39,187 bases of DNA from positions 1-39,187 of the forward strand of contig CALWTI010000004.1 of the NCBI GenBank assembly GCA_944384425.1, read 5' to 3'. Positions 26,693 to 36,437 of the stretch are shown one piece after another. The notes below the pieces were generated by a model. That model had not been told where the DNA came from. It saw nothing but the letters and a program-made list of their open reading frames with translations, and made no database searches. The position numbers were made by a program, and so were the translations under genes. Origin of the DNA: an uncultured Clostridia bacterium (GTDB lineage Bacteria; Bacillota; Clostridia; Christensenellales; UBA1242). Every line of letters begins with the position of its first letter. Position 1 is the first letter of the stretch.

Positions 26693-29573
26693 AATTTTCT
26701 TTAACACTAGTTATGACGCTATGCCAATCAACATCGCCGTCTGTTGTATTATTCTCTATCACTTCACTAACATATGCACCAATCGTTGCATCTTGCTTAA
26801 TATAGTCAAGCATTGCATCATATGCGCCTTCAAACACGCCTTGACTGTTTGCACTGTCTTCAAGTTTTTCAAGTAGTCCTGCAAGACTTTCTGAGTTTTC
26901 TCCTGTTGCTAGGTCGCTAATTGATGTTGAGTTCATAATATCGCTTGCAATATCCGTCACCGAAGCCAAAACATCAACAACTTCTTCAACTTGTTCATCA
27001 GTCAAATTGTCCAAATCAACTGGTATGTCAACGCCTAAGTCCCCTACATACTCTTTTATTTGTGCATTGACACTGTTGACTACCAAAACCCCAACAGGTC
27101 TAAACACACGACTGTTCATCAGTGGTCTAAAAATGTTTGACACATCATCTGATGTCACTTGGTCAAGCATATTTTCAAGGTTGCCAACTTTTAAGATATA
27201 TGAAATCAAATTGTAGTTTTCGCCTTCATAAACTATTGTCTTTTCACGCATAAGGTCAATGACTGGTTGAAGCGTTGCAAACTCTGTGCTGAATGAGAAA
27301 GTTTGGTCTTTGAAGCAATTAAAGTCAATAAATTGATTGAGCTCTGTGTCGGCAAGTGTGTCAATAAGGTTTGTGTATATGCCATTTACCACAGTGCCGT
27401 CTTTTTCTATGTCACCAAATATACTTGATGCCCTAACTGAGTCAATACATCTACCGAACTGAGTTAAGTTAGATGACAAAATCTGTTCAAATATGTTTTC
27501 TTTAAATTGCGAGAAGTCAATATCTCTAAGATATGTTGCGACATTGTCAACAAAGGCAAAAAGATTTTCTTTTTCGCTCTCTTTATAAAGTGCATCATAG
27601 TTTATTTCACCAAGCTGTGCACCTTCTTTTAACATATCCCCAAAGTCGTTTATAACACCACTTAAATTTTCAAATCCAACACGAATGAGTTTACTAAATG
27701 CGTTACTATTGTAAATAGGTTCAACTATTTGTCTTATAAGTGTCTTTGTTTCGCCATTTATCTCTGTTGTTGAAACAAGATTTTGGAACATTTTTGAGAA
27801 GTTTTCATCAGCAACATAGTAATTGCCGTCTTGACCTTTTTCGATATAACTTACCACTTGCGACTTTCTTATGTTTGAAATCACATTAGATAGTGTTGAT
27901 GTTTCATTTAACCAAACATTGTCACCCTTAAAGATTTCAAAGTCGACATACTTATTGTACTCTGTGCTTTCAAGAGCAGTGACAATTTGGTCATATATGC
28001 CCGTTGAGCTGAAAACATTCATATTTTGAAGTGCGTTCATCATTGAACCAGCATTTGTAACAATGTTTTCAAGATCTAAGTCAAACACCGTCAAGAAATT
28101 ATCTTTAATTGAATTAAGGTCTTCACCAATAACATCGTTCGCAATATTTATTGCACTTGAAAGCAAACTTTTAACTTCGCCCTTTTTGAGTGTCATTTGG
28201 TCATTTTTAATGTCTATATTTGATATTGTCAACGCTTGGTTATTTGTAAGAGTTTTAAGCTCATCTTCAAGTGCGTCAATACCCATATTTAGTCCAAAGA
28301 TGACTGCCTTATTTAAAATTTTTGAATTGAAGATATTGTCTATTATTTGGTCAAATACCTTTTTGTTATCTTTTGAAACAATGTGAAGTATTTGTTCGAT
28401 ATTGCTTTCTGTAACTTGACCGTCTGATGGAATTCGGTCAAATATTTTGTTATCCGCCATAATTTTTGCGGTGCTAATGACAGCAGATATGTCATTTTTT
28501 AAGTTTTGAGTGACACCGTCGTCAGAATTTAGCACATTACGAACTGCATCAATAAGTTCGATATACTGTGGCTCAGACTGCACTTCGTCCATTTCAAGCA
28601 ACTTATCAAAGCCATAGTCAACAAGTTCAGGAAGAGCAGTTGTTAAAAGTTTTGAATTGAAGATATAATCAACGGCAGTTGAAAGACGATCATAATCCAA
28701 TGTTTTGAAAGCGTCAAAACTAGAAAAGTCAACATCTATCAAAAAGCCTACATTGTCGTACACGCTTGCAATATTGACAACTTCATTTCTAAGTGAAATT
28801 TTTGTATTGTTGACTGTAACTGATGCAACTTGATTGAAAACTGAGTCATCAAGTCCCAATACTCCACTGACCTTTGCTATTGCACTGTCAGAGTAAGCAT
28901 CCAGATACACCTTCACATCATCTGGTACATTTTCATTTATAAACTGAGCAGAAAGTGAAAGGTTTAATGATGTGCCTTCATCGGCAGAAACTGCTTGTGC
29001 AGTTGACAAGTCATTGTACATACCAACAATGCCACTTAGTGGCAAAAATGTTAAAAATGCAAGAATTAGCCCTTGTGCAGCACCAACAAGACCACCAAAA
29101 ATACGCCATTGTTTTGACTTGACCTTTTTTCCTGTTTCATCAACTGTGGCTTTATTCTTTTTGAAAAATGCTGATGCTATGACAAGATAGATGACCCAGC
29201 CAACTAGATTCAAAACATAGCAAAGAAGCACAAAGGACACAAGGTTGACAAGCATAACTGGCATATTTTCAACAAGCGCTGAAAGTGTTGGACTTGCCGC
29301 CATAACCTCTGAAACTTCGGCTGAAGAATTGTTTATTGCAGACAAAATAATGTCTTCAATTGAAGTCAAACTCCCTTCATATGTTATTTGAATGTCAAGT
29401 ATCAGTCGAGATATATACGGTGTGATAATTGCCGCAATGATTATTGAAACAAAAAAGAATGCAAGCCTTAATGCAGATTTTTTTAAGCCTTTCATAAAGC
29501 CAAATAAAAATCCAAGCACCAAGAACAACGCGAACAATATGTTTAATATCAAAAGAACCATTGTTGCGCTCAT
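26682..29573 (-). CDS. Large membrane protein: CvpA-like N-terminal TM module plus about 760-aa acidic helical repeat region
   Basis: About 4 TM segments (GFLFGFMKGL, RIFGGLVGAAQG), internal 206-aa-offset repeat and SD AGGAGG. Confidence 0.6.
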   Translation of the reverse strand: MSATMVLLILNILFALFLVLGFLFGFMKGLKKSALRLAFFFVSIIIAAIITPYISRLILDIQITYEGSLTSIEDIILSAINNSSAEVSEVMAASPTLSALVENMPVMLVNLVSFVLLCYVLNLVGWVIYLVIASAFFKKNKATVDETGKKVKSKQWRIFGGLVGAAQGLILAFLTFLPLSGIVGMYNDLSTAQAVSADEGTSLNLSLSAQFINENVPDDVKVYLDAYSDSAIAKVSGVLGLDDSVFNQVASVTVNNTKISLRNEVVNIASVYDNVGFLIDVDFSSFDAFKTLDYDRLSTAVDYIFNSKLLTTALPELVDYGFDKLLEMDEVQSEPQYIELIDAVRNVLNSDDGVTQNLKNDISAVISTAKIMADNKIFDRIPSDGQVTESNIEQILHIVSKDNKKVFDQIIDNIFNSKILNKAVIFGLNMGIDALEDELKTLTNNQALTISNIDIKNDQMTLKKGEVKSLLSSAINIANDVIGEDLNSIKDNFLTVFDLDLENIVTNAGSMMNALQNMNVFSSTGIYDQIVTALESTEYNKYVDFEIFKGDNVWLNETSTLSNVISNIRKSQVVSYIEKGQDGNYYVADENFSKMFQNLVSTTEINGETKTLIRQIVEPIYNSNAFSKLIRVGFENLSGVINDFGDMLKEGAQLGEINYDALYKESEKENLFAFVDNVATYLRDIDFSQFKENIFEQILSSNLTQFGRCIDSVRASSIFGDIEKDGTVVNGIYTNLIDTLADTELNQFIDFNCFKDQTFSFSTEFATLQPVIDLMREKTIVYEGENYNLISYILKVGNLENMLDQVTSDDVSNIFRPLMNSRVFRPVGVLVVNSVNAQIKEYVGDLGVDIPVDLDNLTDEQVEEVVDVLASVTDIASDIMNSTSISDLATGENSESLAGLLEKLEDSANSQGVFEGAYDAMLDYIKQDATIGAYVSEVIENNTTDGDVDWHSVITSVKENYGN

Positions 29574-29619
29574 ATTCCCCTCCTAGGTTTATAATAAGAT
29601 AATTTTGAATGTTTGGCAA

Positions 29620-30318
29620 CTATATTTTAATAAGTTGCAGTTTGTTCGACAAAAGGTCGCAAGATGTCAAATAAAAGTCAATGCCAAACAAATTTTCATA
29701 TAATTTATATTTGCCAATATTAGAATGAATATGACCAAAAACACACGCTTTTACACCATATTTTAATAAAAGGTCAATATATTCACTTTGTTTTTTGCTT
29801 TGTGAAAAAGGCGGATAATGTAGCATACAAATAATCACATCGCCATCTTCTTGTAAATCTTTTGCACTTTTTAGTGCCATTTCAAGCCTCAAATACTCTC
29901 GCTTATATATCTTTTCATCTTGTGCGTCTTTGAAGTCCTTTTCAGGAATAGTCCAACCACGAGTACCACAAATTATGACATTGCCAAATTTGATAGCATC
30001 GTTTTGAAGTGCGTATGAATTTTGTTTAAGCGCTGAGCGAACACTTGATATTGCTTGCCACCAATAGTCATGGTTTCCACGTATAAAAACCTTATTGCCT
30101 GGCAAATCGTCAAAAAACTTGATATCTTCTTTTGCTTCATCAAGCTTCATCGCCCAAGATATGTCACCAGCAATCAAAACAACATCATCGTCATGGACTT
30201 TTTCCAGCCAATCATTTTTTATCTTTTCAAGATAATTTGACCAGCCATCACCAAAAATCTCCATTGGCTTTGCACCACTTATGCAAAGATGAAAATCGCT
30301 TATTGCATAAATTTTCAT
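29620..30318 (-). CDS. Calcineurin-like metallophosphoesterase
   Basis: SDFH, AGDISW, RGNHDYW, HYPP and FGHIH. Confidence 0.9.
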   Translation of the reverse strand: MKIYAISDFHLCISGAKPMEIFGDGWSNYLEKIKNDWLEKVHDDDVVLIAGDISWAMKLDEAKEDIKFFDDLPGNKVFIRGNHDYWWQAISSVRSALKQNSYALQNDAIKFGNVIICGTRGWTIPEKDFKDAQDEKIYKREYLRLEMALKSAKDLQEDGDVIICMLHYPPFSQSKKQSEYIDLLLKYGVKACVFGHIHSNIGKYKLYENLFGIDFYLTSCDLLSNKLQLIKI

Positions 30319-30319
30319 A

Positions 30320-30742
30320 TTACATACTCTTTAAAATTTCACTGACCTGACGCATATCACACTTGCCTTGGTAGTTTGCCTTAAAGTGTTTCATAACAGC
30401 AGGGACTGATTTGTCTTCAAGTGACATTATTATTGACTTTATTTCGTCTTCGCTCATCATCTTTGGCAAATATGACTTGACAAGTTCAATTTGCTTTGTG
30501 ATGTTTTGAACTTCTTCGGTGTTGTTCACCTTTTTGTAATTTTCAAGTTCTTCGGTGAGTTCTTTCACTGACTTTTGCAAAATTTGAATTGTGTCAACAT
30601 CTGTAAGTTGTTCATTTTTTTCACGCTTTTTAATTTGTTCAAGCATGAGCTTGTTGATTAGCACACTGTAAATTGTGTGTGCAACACTGTCTTTTTCTTT
30701 CATCGCCAAAATATTGGCTTTTTTTATTTCGTCATAAATCAT
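30320..30742 (-). CDS. GatB/YqeY domain protein
   Basis: AMKEKD and SYLPKMMSEDEI. Start MIYDE at 30742 with SD AGGAG. Confidence 0.85.
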   Translation of the reverse strand: MIYDEIKKANILAMKEKDSVAHTIYSVLINKLMLEQIKKREKNEQLTDVDTIQILQKSVKELTEELENYKKVNNTEEVQNITKQIELVKSYLPKMMSEDEIKSIIMSLEDKSVPAVMKHFKANYQGKCDMRQVSEILKSM

Positions 30743-30904
30743 AATAAAAACTCCTAACTTTGTTAGTATATCACACCATAAATAAAAACACAACAATGCG
30801 GGCAAAATATATTTTTCACAAAAAACTAGTTTTTGTGCTTTAAAAATACTTGAAAAAAGTATTGTCATCTTATATACTGAATAAGTTTAAACCAAGGAGG
30901 AAAA

Positions 30905-31768
30905 ATGTCAAAAATAGCAATAGTTACTGATAGTAATTCAGGCATAAAATTAACTGATCAAAATGAAGATTTGTATGTTTTGCCCATGCCTTTTATAATA
31001 AATGGTGAAGAATATTTTGAAGAAATTAGTTTAAGTCAAGAAAAATTTTATGAAAAACTTGCACAAAATGCAGACATTTCAACATCACAGCCATCACCTT
31101 ACCAAGTTACAGAAATGTGGGAAAACGCTTTAAAAACTCACGATGAGGTTATATACATTCCAATGTCAAGTGGACTAAGTCAATCTTGCCACAACGCAAT
31201 TGAAATAGCAAAAAATTATCCTTCTGTCACAGTTGTTGACAATCAGCGTATATCTGTAACTCAAAAAGCAAGCATATATGAAGCATTAAATATGGCAAAA
31301 GAAGGCTACACACCTAGTCAAATTAAAGAATATTTGGAAACAACAAAACTTGATAGCAGTATTTATATCACCGTCAATACATTAAAGTATCTCAAAAAAG
31401 GCGGAAGAATAACCCCTGCCGTAGCCCTTATTGGCACAATGCTCAACATAAAACCAATTCTTCAAATACATGGCGAAAAACTCGATTCTTTTGCAAAAGC
31501 ACTCAGCATGGGTCAAGCAAAAGCGAAAATGATTGCGGCAGTAAAAAAAGACTTTGAAACTGTATGTAAAGATTATTATCAAAAAGGCGAAATGGAAATT
31601 GACATCGCCCACACAGACAACGAAGAAGAAGCAGAAAAATTCAAAGCAGAAGTTGAAAAAGCAATTCCTAATATCAAGGTAAAAAACATTGACCCACTAT
31701 CACTTAGTGTGTCATGTCATATTGGACCTGGCTCTCTTGCAATAGCAGCAGCAAGAGTTACAAAATAG
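30905..31768 (+). CDS. degV: DegV family fatty-acid-binding protein (FakB-like)
   Basis: IVTDS, TSQPS, SSGLS, YLKKGGRI, LNIKPIL and HIGPG. Confidence 0.92.
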   Translation: MSKIAIVTDSNSGIKLTDQNEDLYVLPMPFIINGEEYFEEISLSQEKFYEKLAQNADISTSQPSPYQVTEMWENALKTHDEVIYIPMSSGLSQSCHNAIEIAKNYPSVTVVDNQRISVTQKASIYEALNMAKEGYTPSQIKEYLETTKLDSSIYITVNTLKYLKKGGRITPAVALIGTMLNIKPILQIHGEKLDSFAKALSMGQAKAKMIAAVKKDFETVCKDYYQKGEMEIDIAHTDNEEEAEKFKAEVEKAIPNIKVKNIDPLSLSVSCHIGPGSLAIAAARVTK

Positions 31769-31778
31769 TAAAAATATT

Positions 31779-31817
31779 AAAAAAACTCGTAAAAATTTAA
31801 TTTTACGGGTTTTTTTA
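31779..31817. terminator. Bidirectional intrinsic terminator
   Basis: AAAAAAACTCGTAAAA...TTTTACGGGTTTTTTT. Confidence 0.8.
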
Positions 31818-31820
31818 TGT

Positions 31821-32558
31821 TTATTTTTTATTTTTTTCAAATTTTTCTTTTATTTTAACATAAGTTTTATACGCCCACCTATCTTCTTTTTTTAGTGCAA
31901 ACTGCTCATAGATTATTAGTGCTATTGTATATAAAACTATAAACAAAGCACCGACAAAAGGCCAATTAAATATTGTGCCTTCAATTAACGGACTATAAAT
32001 ATACATTGCATCACTTTTGCCCACTATTGAAATCATAAATATTCCATAGGTCATAAAAGCACAAAGACCAAATATCAAACTGCTCCAATTTTTCATACTT
32101 GGTTTGAAGTTTCCTGTTACACAAATCAAAAAGAAATTAAACACTCCCATTGTGTGATGTAAAAGTCCTGACATGGTTTTGTCATAAAACACAGATGAAC
32201 TTTGACCAATAAAGTCTGGATAGAGAAATGTTAAAATACCGCCGAGAAGCATACAACTTGCTAAAAATTGAAGCATTTTACTATCTTTTTTGCAAAAAAT
32301 CATTGCAAGTGGAAAAAACAAACTAGTTGTTCCACAAAATGTTGTTGGCAAAAAGTCAAAAAGTCCGCCCCTATATTCCATTACTGAAAGTCTGTTCCAA
32401 ATAATTAGCGTCAACTGAATTAGTGCACAAGTGACTACTAAAACTCTTTTTGTTTTCTCTTTTTTCGCAAACTTTGATATTAGAATAAGTGCAGTTACCA
32501 TAACCACAATACTTATGAGCATAAAGACAATATGCTCTATTCCAAATATTTTTGGCAT
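31821..32558 (-). CDS. YwaF-like (TIGR02206-type) integral membrane protein
   Basis: Multi-TM with FGIEH, LPxxFC, LYPD and HH motifs. Confidence 0.6.
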   Translation of the reverse strand: MPKIFGIEHIVFMLISIVVMVTALILISKFAKKEKTKRVLVVTCALIQLTLIIWNRLSVMEYRGGLFDFLPTTFCGTTSLFFPLAMIFCKKDSKMLQFLASCMLLGGILTFLYPDFIGQSSSVFYDKTMSGLLHHTMGVFNFFLICVTGNFKPSMKNWSSLIFGLCAFMTYGIFMISIVGKSDAMYIYSPLIEGTIFNWPFVGALFIVLYTIALIIYEQFALKKEDRWAYKTYVKIKEKFEKNKK

Positions 32559-32559
32559 C

Positions 32560-32958
32560 TTAGTCTTTTAACCTCAACTTGTTTTGCATTTCGTCTAGTT
32601 CGTGCTTTGCAGTGTGTCCAGCGACAAAGTTGAATGGTTCTTCAACCGTTCTTGGCAAGATATGAAAGTGCAAATGCAGTACGCTCTGCCCTGCACAAGC
32701 CCCGCTTGCGTTATGAACATTTACACCGTCAAAGCCACAGTCTTTGACATAATGATTTGAAATTTTTTTGACAGCCGACATAACTTTTGAAATCACATCA
32801 TCGTCGCAGTCAAGTAAATTTTCACAATGTTTTTTAGGAATGACAAGGGTGTGTCCATCAACATCTTTTGCAGTGTCCAAAAATGCAAGGACATCATCAT
32901 CTTCATAAATTTTGTAGCAAGGGATTTTGCCACTGACTATATCACAAAATATACACAT
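32560..32958 (-). CDS. HIT family hydrolase
   Basis: MCIFC, GHTLVIPKKH and GQSVLHLHFHILPR. Confidence 0.93.
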   Translation of the reverse strand: MCIFCDIVSGKIPCYKIYEDDDVLAFLDTAKDVDGHTLVIPKKHCENLLDCDDDVISKVMSAVKKISNHYVKDCGFDGVNVHNASGACAGQSVLHLHFHILPRTVEEPFNFVAGHTAKHELDEMQNKLRLKD

Positions 32959-33013
32959 AATTTTCACCTCAAAGTCAATTATAAGAAATGGTGCACAAAT
33001 GTCAACTTTTAAC

Positions 33014-33042
33014 TAGACATTTTTCCACACTTATGTTACTAT
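33014..33042 (+). promoter_or_regulatory. SigmaA promoter of the tRNA
   Basis: TAGACA-N17-TACTAT with extended TGn. Confidence 0.6.
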
Positions 33043-33056
33043 TTATCTCGGACTAT

Positions 33057-33144
33057 GGAAAGGTGGCAGAGTGGTCTAATGCAGTCGCTTGGAAAGCGGC
33101 CGTGGTGCAAGCCACCGCAGGTTCAAATCCTGTCCTTTCCGCCA
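33057..33144 (+). tRNA. tRNA-Ser (anticodon GGA)
   Basis: Acceptor GGAAAGG/CCTTTCC+GCCA, anticodon loop TTGGAAA, long variable arm GTGG-tgcaag-CCAC and T-loop GTTCAAATC. Confidence 0.96.
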
Positions 33145-33147
33145 ACT

Positions 33148-33177
33148 AAAAAACATCAGTTTTTCTGGTGTTTTTTT
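33148..33177. terminator. Intrinsic terminator after tRNA
   Basis: AAAAAACATCAG-ttttt-CTGGTGTTTTTTT. Confidence 0.8.
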
Positions 33178-33206
33178 CTATAGTTTTTGTGTTCAATCGA
33201 GTAGTT

Positions 33207-35285
33207 TTAGATAGGGCATTCAAGCCAATATCTTATTGGCTCTCCCCCATCTAATGGCGTAAAATCATAATACAAAAAATCTCCAAAACGAGCAACATTG
33301 GCATCTTTAACAATTATCACTCTTGGTGGTAAATCTGGATCATTTTCCTGAAACGATATTATGTATGTGTATTGTCCTTTATTTACTTTTGAAAGTTTGT
33401 TGTCACCAAATATACCAAATTCCCCACTATATGTACTATAAATGTAATTATTGTTTATTTCTATATTAGGAGTTCTATAATAACTACCTACACTTGATTT
33501 TTTTAGTGGATTCATAGTCGTTGAATTTGTACCATCGCAAATAAATATTTTATCATTTTGAAGAAAATATGTATTTCCGTTATATTCGCCTAACAACTCA
33601 AAATCACCTTCTGCAATCAAATCTTCAACTATTACATAATTATCTATTATGCTTTTATATAAATCTACACCATTCATTGAAAAGTATAATACACCATTCG
33701 AATCTAAACAATAAAAATTGACATCATTTATGTATCCAACATCATATTCTATACCCATATAATAAGGCGAATCCAGCCTATCCAATTCTCGTAAATAATA
33801 GGTTCTAATCTCTTCAAAAAAAGCATAGCCTCCATTTATAAATTTTACAACTCCATCTACTTCCAAGTTAATTAAATTTCCCGATTCAAAATCTATAACG
33901 TCAATATAAGTTTTATTATAATAATTTTTTTCATTGTATAAATATATCTTATTATCATACACATGTATATTATTTGAGTTATAACTTGAGTCATAATGAC
34001 GAGTAAGCGTAAATTGTTTAGTTTCTCCTGTTGCTTCATTTTTTACATCTAAAATAAGACCATTTAACATATAAGAATAACCATTTTTATAAGTCCTACC
34101 ATCTATAACGGTTTCTTTTTCAAAATTTATACTTTCTAGACATGAAAGATCTGACATTTTAAAAAAATCTATACCTTCTGATTTGAGCATTGCAATTTTG
34201 TTGTCCTGTGTCAAAAATAATTCCTCATTCATCATTTTGTCCATCAATTGTTTGTCTGGGTTTTTTATTTGTTTGGGTTCTTCAATTAAATAGTCAACAA
34301 ATGCATCAACATCTTGGTCGTTTGTTTCAATGCCCCAATAATCATAGCTAATTAAATTTTCGTTTATTTCAGGTTTTTCTTGTAAAAATTTTACAGAAGT
34401 AGTCATGTCCGTATGCTTATTGTCATCTTTATTTTTTATTTTTATTTCTATTGTCATTGACCTAAAACACGACTGCTCTATTATAACCTTTCCAGAAATT
34501 GCTTTACGAAAAATTATATTTTCTTTTGCCGTTTCTGTAAGGTCTTTTGTTATATAATCCTTTTTTAATTCAAAATAATATCCATAATTTGTCTTTCTAA
34601 TATAACTTATTGCATCATCAATATTTAAATTCAAATCATAATCATCATTATAATATTCACTAAATGATTTGAGTTGTTGATCAAGCAAATCTGACAAATT
34701 GTTTATAGTTGTTGGTTTTACATATTTTCTTTTACAATATCCATGTCCTGGAGAATATTTTATACTTGTATCATTAGCGATAAGTTGCTTATAGTAGTAA
34801 AAATCTGATGTATTGTATGCATAAACTTTGCCATCTTCCAAATATCCTTGTAGTTTTATGTCATCAGGACCTAAATCAAATTCAATATTATAATAATTAT
34901 CTTTTAATAAAGAGTTCTCCATGCTTTGGTTAATCAAATACAAATATCTATCCTGGCATATTGCTGGCATAATCACAAAGGTCATTAAAAGTATAATAGT
35001 TGTAACTAAAACAAATGTTACACTGCTAAATATAATTGTTTTTAATGTATTGTGTGATATACTAAACTTTATGCTTTTTGGCGTTTCCCCAACCAAATCT
35101 TTCATTGAGATATTTAGCACTTTGCATAGTGGCTCCAAATAATCCAAAGCTGGAATACTTAAGCCCCTTTCCCACTTGCTTATAAGTTTGTTAGAAATAT
35201 GCATAGCACTTGCCAATTCTTCTTGAGTCATATTTCTTTTTTGCCGATATTTTTTTATTTTTGAACCAATATTTTCTAAATCCAT
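33207..35285 (-). CDS. XRE/Cro-CI HTH fused to a TM helix and about 580-aa predicted extracytoplasmic region
   Basis: IGSKIKKYRQKRNMTQEELA..ISKWERGLSIP, TM at about aa 84-108, and a Y/N-rich beta-type remainder. Confidence 0.8.
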   Translation of the reverse strand: MDLENIGSKIKKYRQKRNMTQEELASAMHISNKLISKWERGLSIPALDYLEPLCKVLNISMKDLVGETPKSIKFSISHNTLKTIIFSSVTFVLVTTIILLMTFVIMPAICQDRYLYLINQSMENSLLKDNYYNIEFDLGPDDIKLQGYLEDGKVYAYNTSDFYYYKQLIANDTSIKYSPGHGYCKRKYVKPTTINNLSDLLDQQLKSFSEYYNDDYDLNLNIDDAISYIRKTNYGYYFELKKDYITKDLTETAKENIIFRKAISGKVIIEQSCFRSMTIEIKIKNKDDNKHTDMTTSVKFLQEKPEINENLISYDYWGIETNDQDVDAFVDYLIEEPKQIKNPDKQLMDKMMNEELFLTQDNKIAMLKSEGIDFFKMSDLSCLESINFEKETVIDGRTYKNGYSYMLNGLILDVKNEATGETKQFTLTRHYDSSYNSNNIHVYDNKIYLYNEKNYYNKTYIDVIDFESGNLINLEVDGVVKFINGGYAFFEEIRTYYLRELDRLDSPYYMGIEYDVGYINDVNFYCLDSNGVLYFSMNGVDLYKSIIDNYVIVEDLIAEGDFELLGEYNGNTYFLQNDKIFICDGTNSTTMNPLKKSSVGSYYRTPNIEINNNYIYSTYSGEFGIFGDNKLSKVNKGQYTYIISFQENDPDLPPRVIIVKDANVARFGDFLYYDFTPLDGGEPIRYWLECPI

Positions 35286-35680
35286 ACTATCTCCAAATAT
35301 ATAAACAATTTTAATATATCAAAACAAAACAAAAATTTCAAAAAAAACCGCTCCACAATTCGTGGAATATTATAATTATTTGAATTTATTCTATAAAAAA
35401 TATCTTTTTTTATTATTTTATATTTTTTTCATTATATTTTTGAATTTCTTCAAGTTTTTTAAAAATTAAGATTTTCTATAATCATTTTGCTTCCATTAAA
35501 AGTTTACTAAAAAACAAAGTCATATGTCAATAATGTGACAATAATTTGCTTTTAAGCGTATATAAACATTGTTTGTATACTATAACAATATTTTTAAATA
35601 ATATTGACATTATGTATTAAATTTGTTTATACTATCAAAGATGAATAAATGAAATTCAAATTTTTATTTAGGAGGGAAAA

Positions 35681-35988
35681 ATGTATTGTCCAAAATGTGG
35701 AGGCGAAGTTAGTGAAGAGGCAGATGTTTGTGTTCACTGTGGTTGCTCTTTAAACAAAACACCAAAGAATTTAATGAACCAAAAACTGGAATAGGTGTTG
35801 TTATGGCATTGTTTTTGGGACTTATTGGCTTAATAATTGGTCTTTTGATTTACCCTACTGGCACAGTAGCTAGACGAACATTTATTAAAGCATGGTGCAT
35901 AACATACGCTGTTGTTTTTGGCGTCGCTATACTTTTTATGATTATCGTAATCGCAGCACTCGGCCCATCACTTGCTTATTATTATTAA
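35681..35988 (+). pseudogene. Zinc-ribbon membrane protein gene split by a -1 frameshift (pseudogene, sequencing error or programmed frameshift)
   Basis: SD GGAGG then ATG 35681 gives MYCPKCGGEVSEEADVCVHCG..., stopping at TAG 35792-35794. The TM portion continues in the -1 frame to 35988. Confidence 0.75.
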
Positions 35989-36012
35989 AATATCAAGTTT
36001 ATTACCTAACAG

Positions 36013-36048
36013 AAAAAACACTTTAACCAAAAGTTAAAGTGTTTTTTT
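36013..36048. terminator. Bidirectional intrinsic terminator
   Basis: AAAAAACACTTTAAC-caaaa-GTTAAAGTGTTTTTTT. Confidence 0.9.
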
Positions 36049-36052
36049 ATTT

Positions 36053-36286
36053 CTAATCGTCAATATTTTTAAACATTTCATCAGAAAAAAATTCTTCTAA
36101 CGACAAACCCAACGTTGAGCATATTTGATAAATAGTGTCAGTACTTACTCTTTTCTTGCGAATATTTATAACATCATTTACAGTTGTTCTTGGCACTCCA
36201 CCCGCCTTGTATAAGTAATACTGAGTAAGATTTCTTTCTGATAACAAATTCTGCACTCTTTTACCAATTGCTTCAACTAATTTCAT
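36053..36286 (-). CDS. Small XRE-family HTH regulator
   Basis: LTQYYLYKAGGVPRTTVNDV..TIYQICSTLGLSLEEFF. SD AGGAG. Confidence 0.88.
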   Translation of the reverse strand: MKLVEAIGKRVQNLLSERNLTQYYLYKAGGVPRTTVNDVINIRKKRVSTDTIYQICSTLGLSLEEFFSDEMFKNIDD

Positions 36287-36305
36287 AATTACTCCTAACT
36301 ATATT

Positions 36306-36422
36306 GTTCGCTATATAGAATTATAAAATTATTTGAAAAATATTCCGTTCGCCATTAAGAACGCTTTGCTTTTTTTATTCATTGATGCTATTATTCTTTA
36401 TATGTTGTTCGCTATACGGAAC
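36306..36422. promoter_or_regulatory. Three GTTC-N8-GAA(C/T) palindromic sites and a sigmaA promoter in the divergent intergenic region
   Basis: Sites at 36306-36321, 36347-36362 and 36407-36422. TTGCTT-N17-TATTAT at 36366-36394. Confidence 0.7.
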
Positions 36423-36437
36423 GCATATGGAGTAATA

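Noticed and set aside
35728-35988. 86-aa ORF as an independent gene with TTG start
   Set aside because: It has no SD, and its first residues are the out-of-frame reading of the zinc-ribbon ORF starting at 35681
36306-36422. LexA boxes
   Set aside because: Orientation and spacing are GTTC-N8-GAAC, not GAAC-N4-GTTC
36333-36437. N-terminal extension of the SLOG-like ORF, and similar extensions on cysS, ddl, YqeY, mtaD and rsmH
   Set aside because: Downstream ATGs match family N-termini and mostly have SD sequences; the extensions overlap promoters, operators or neighbouring genes
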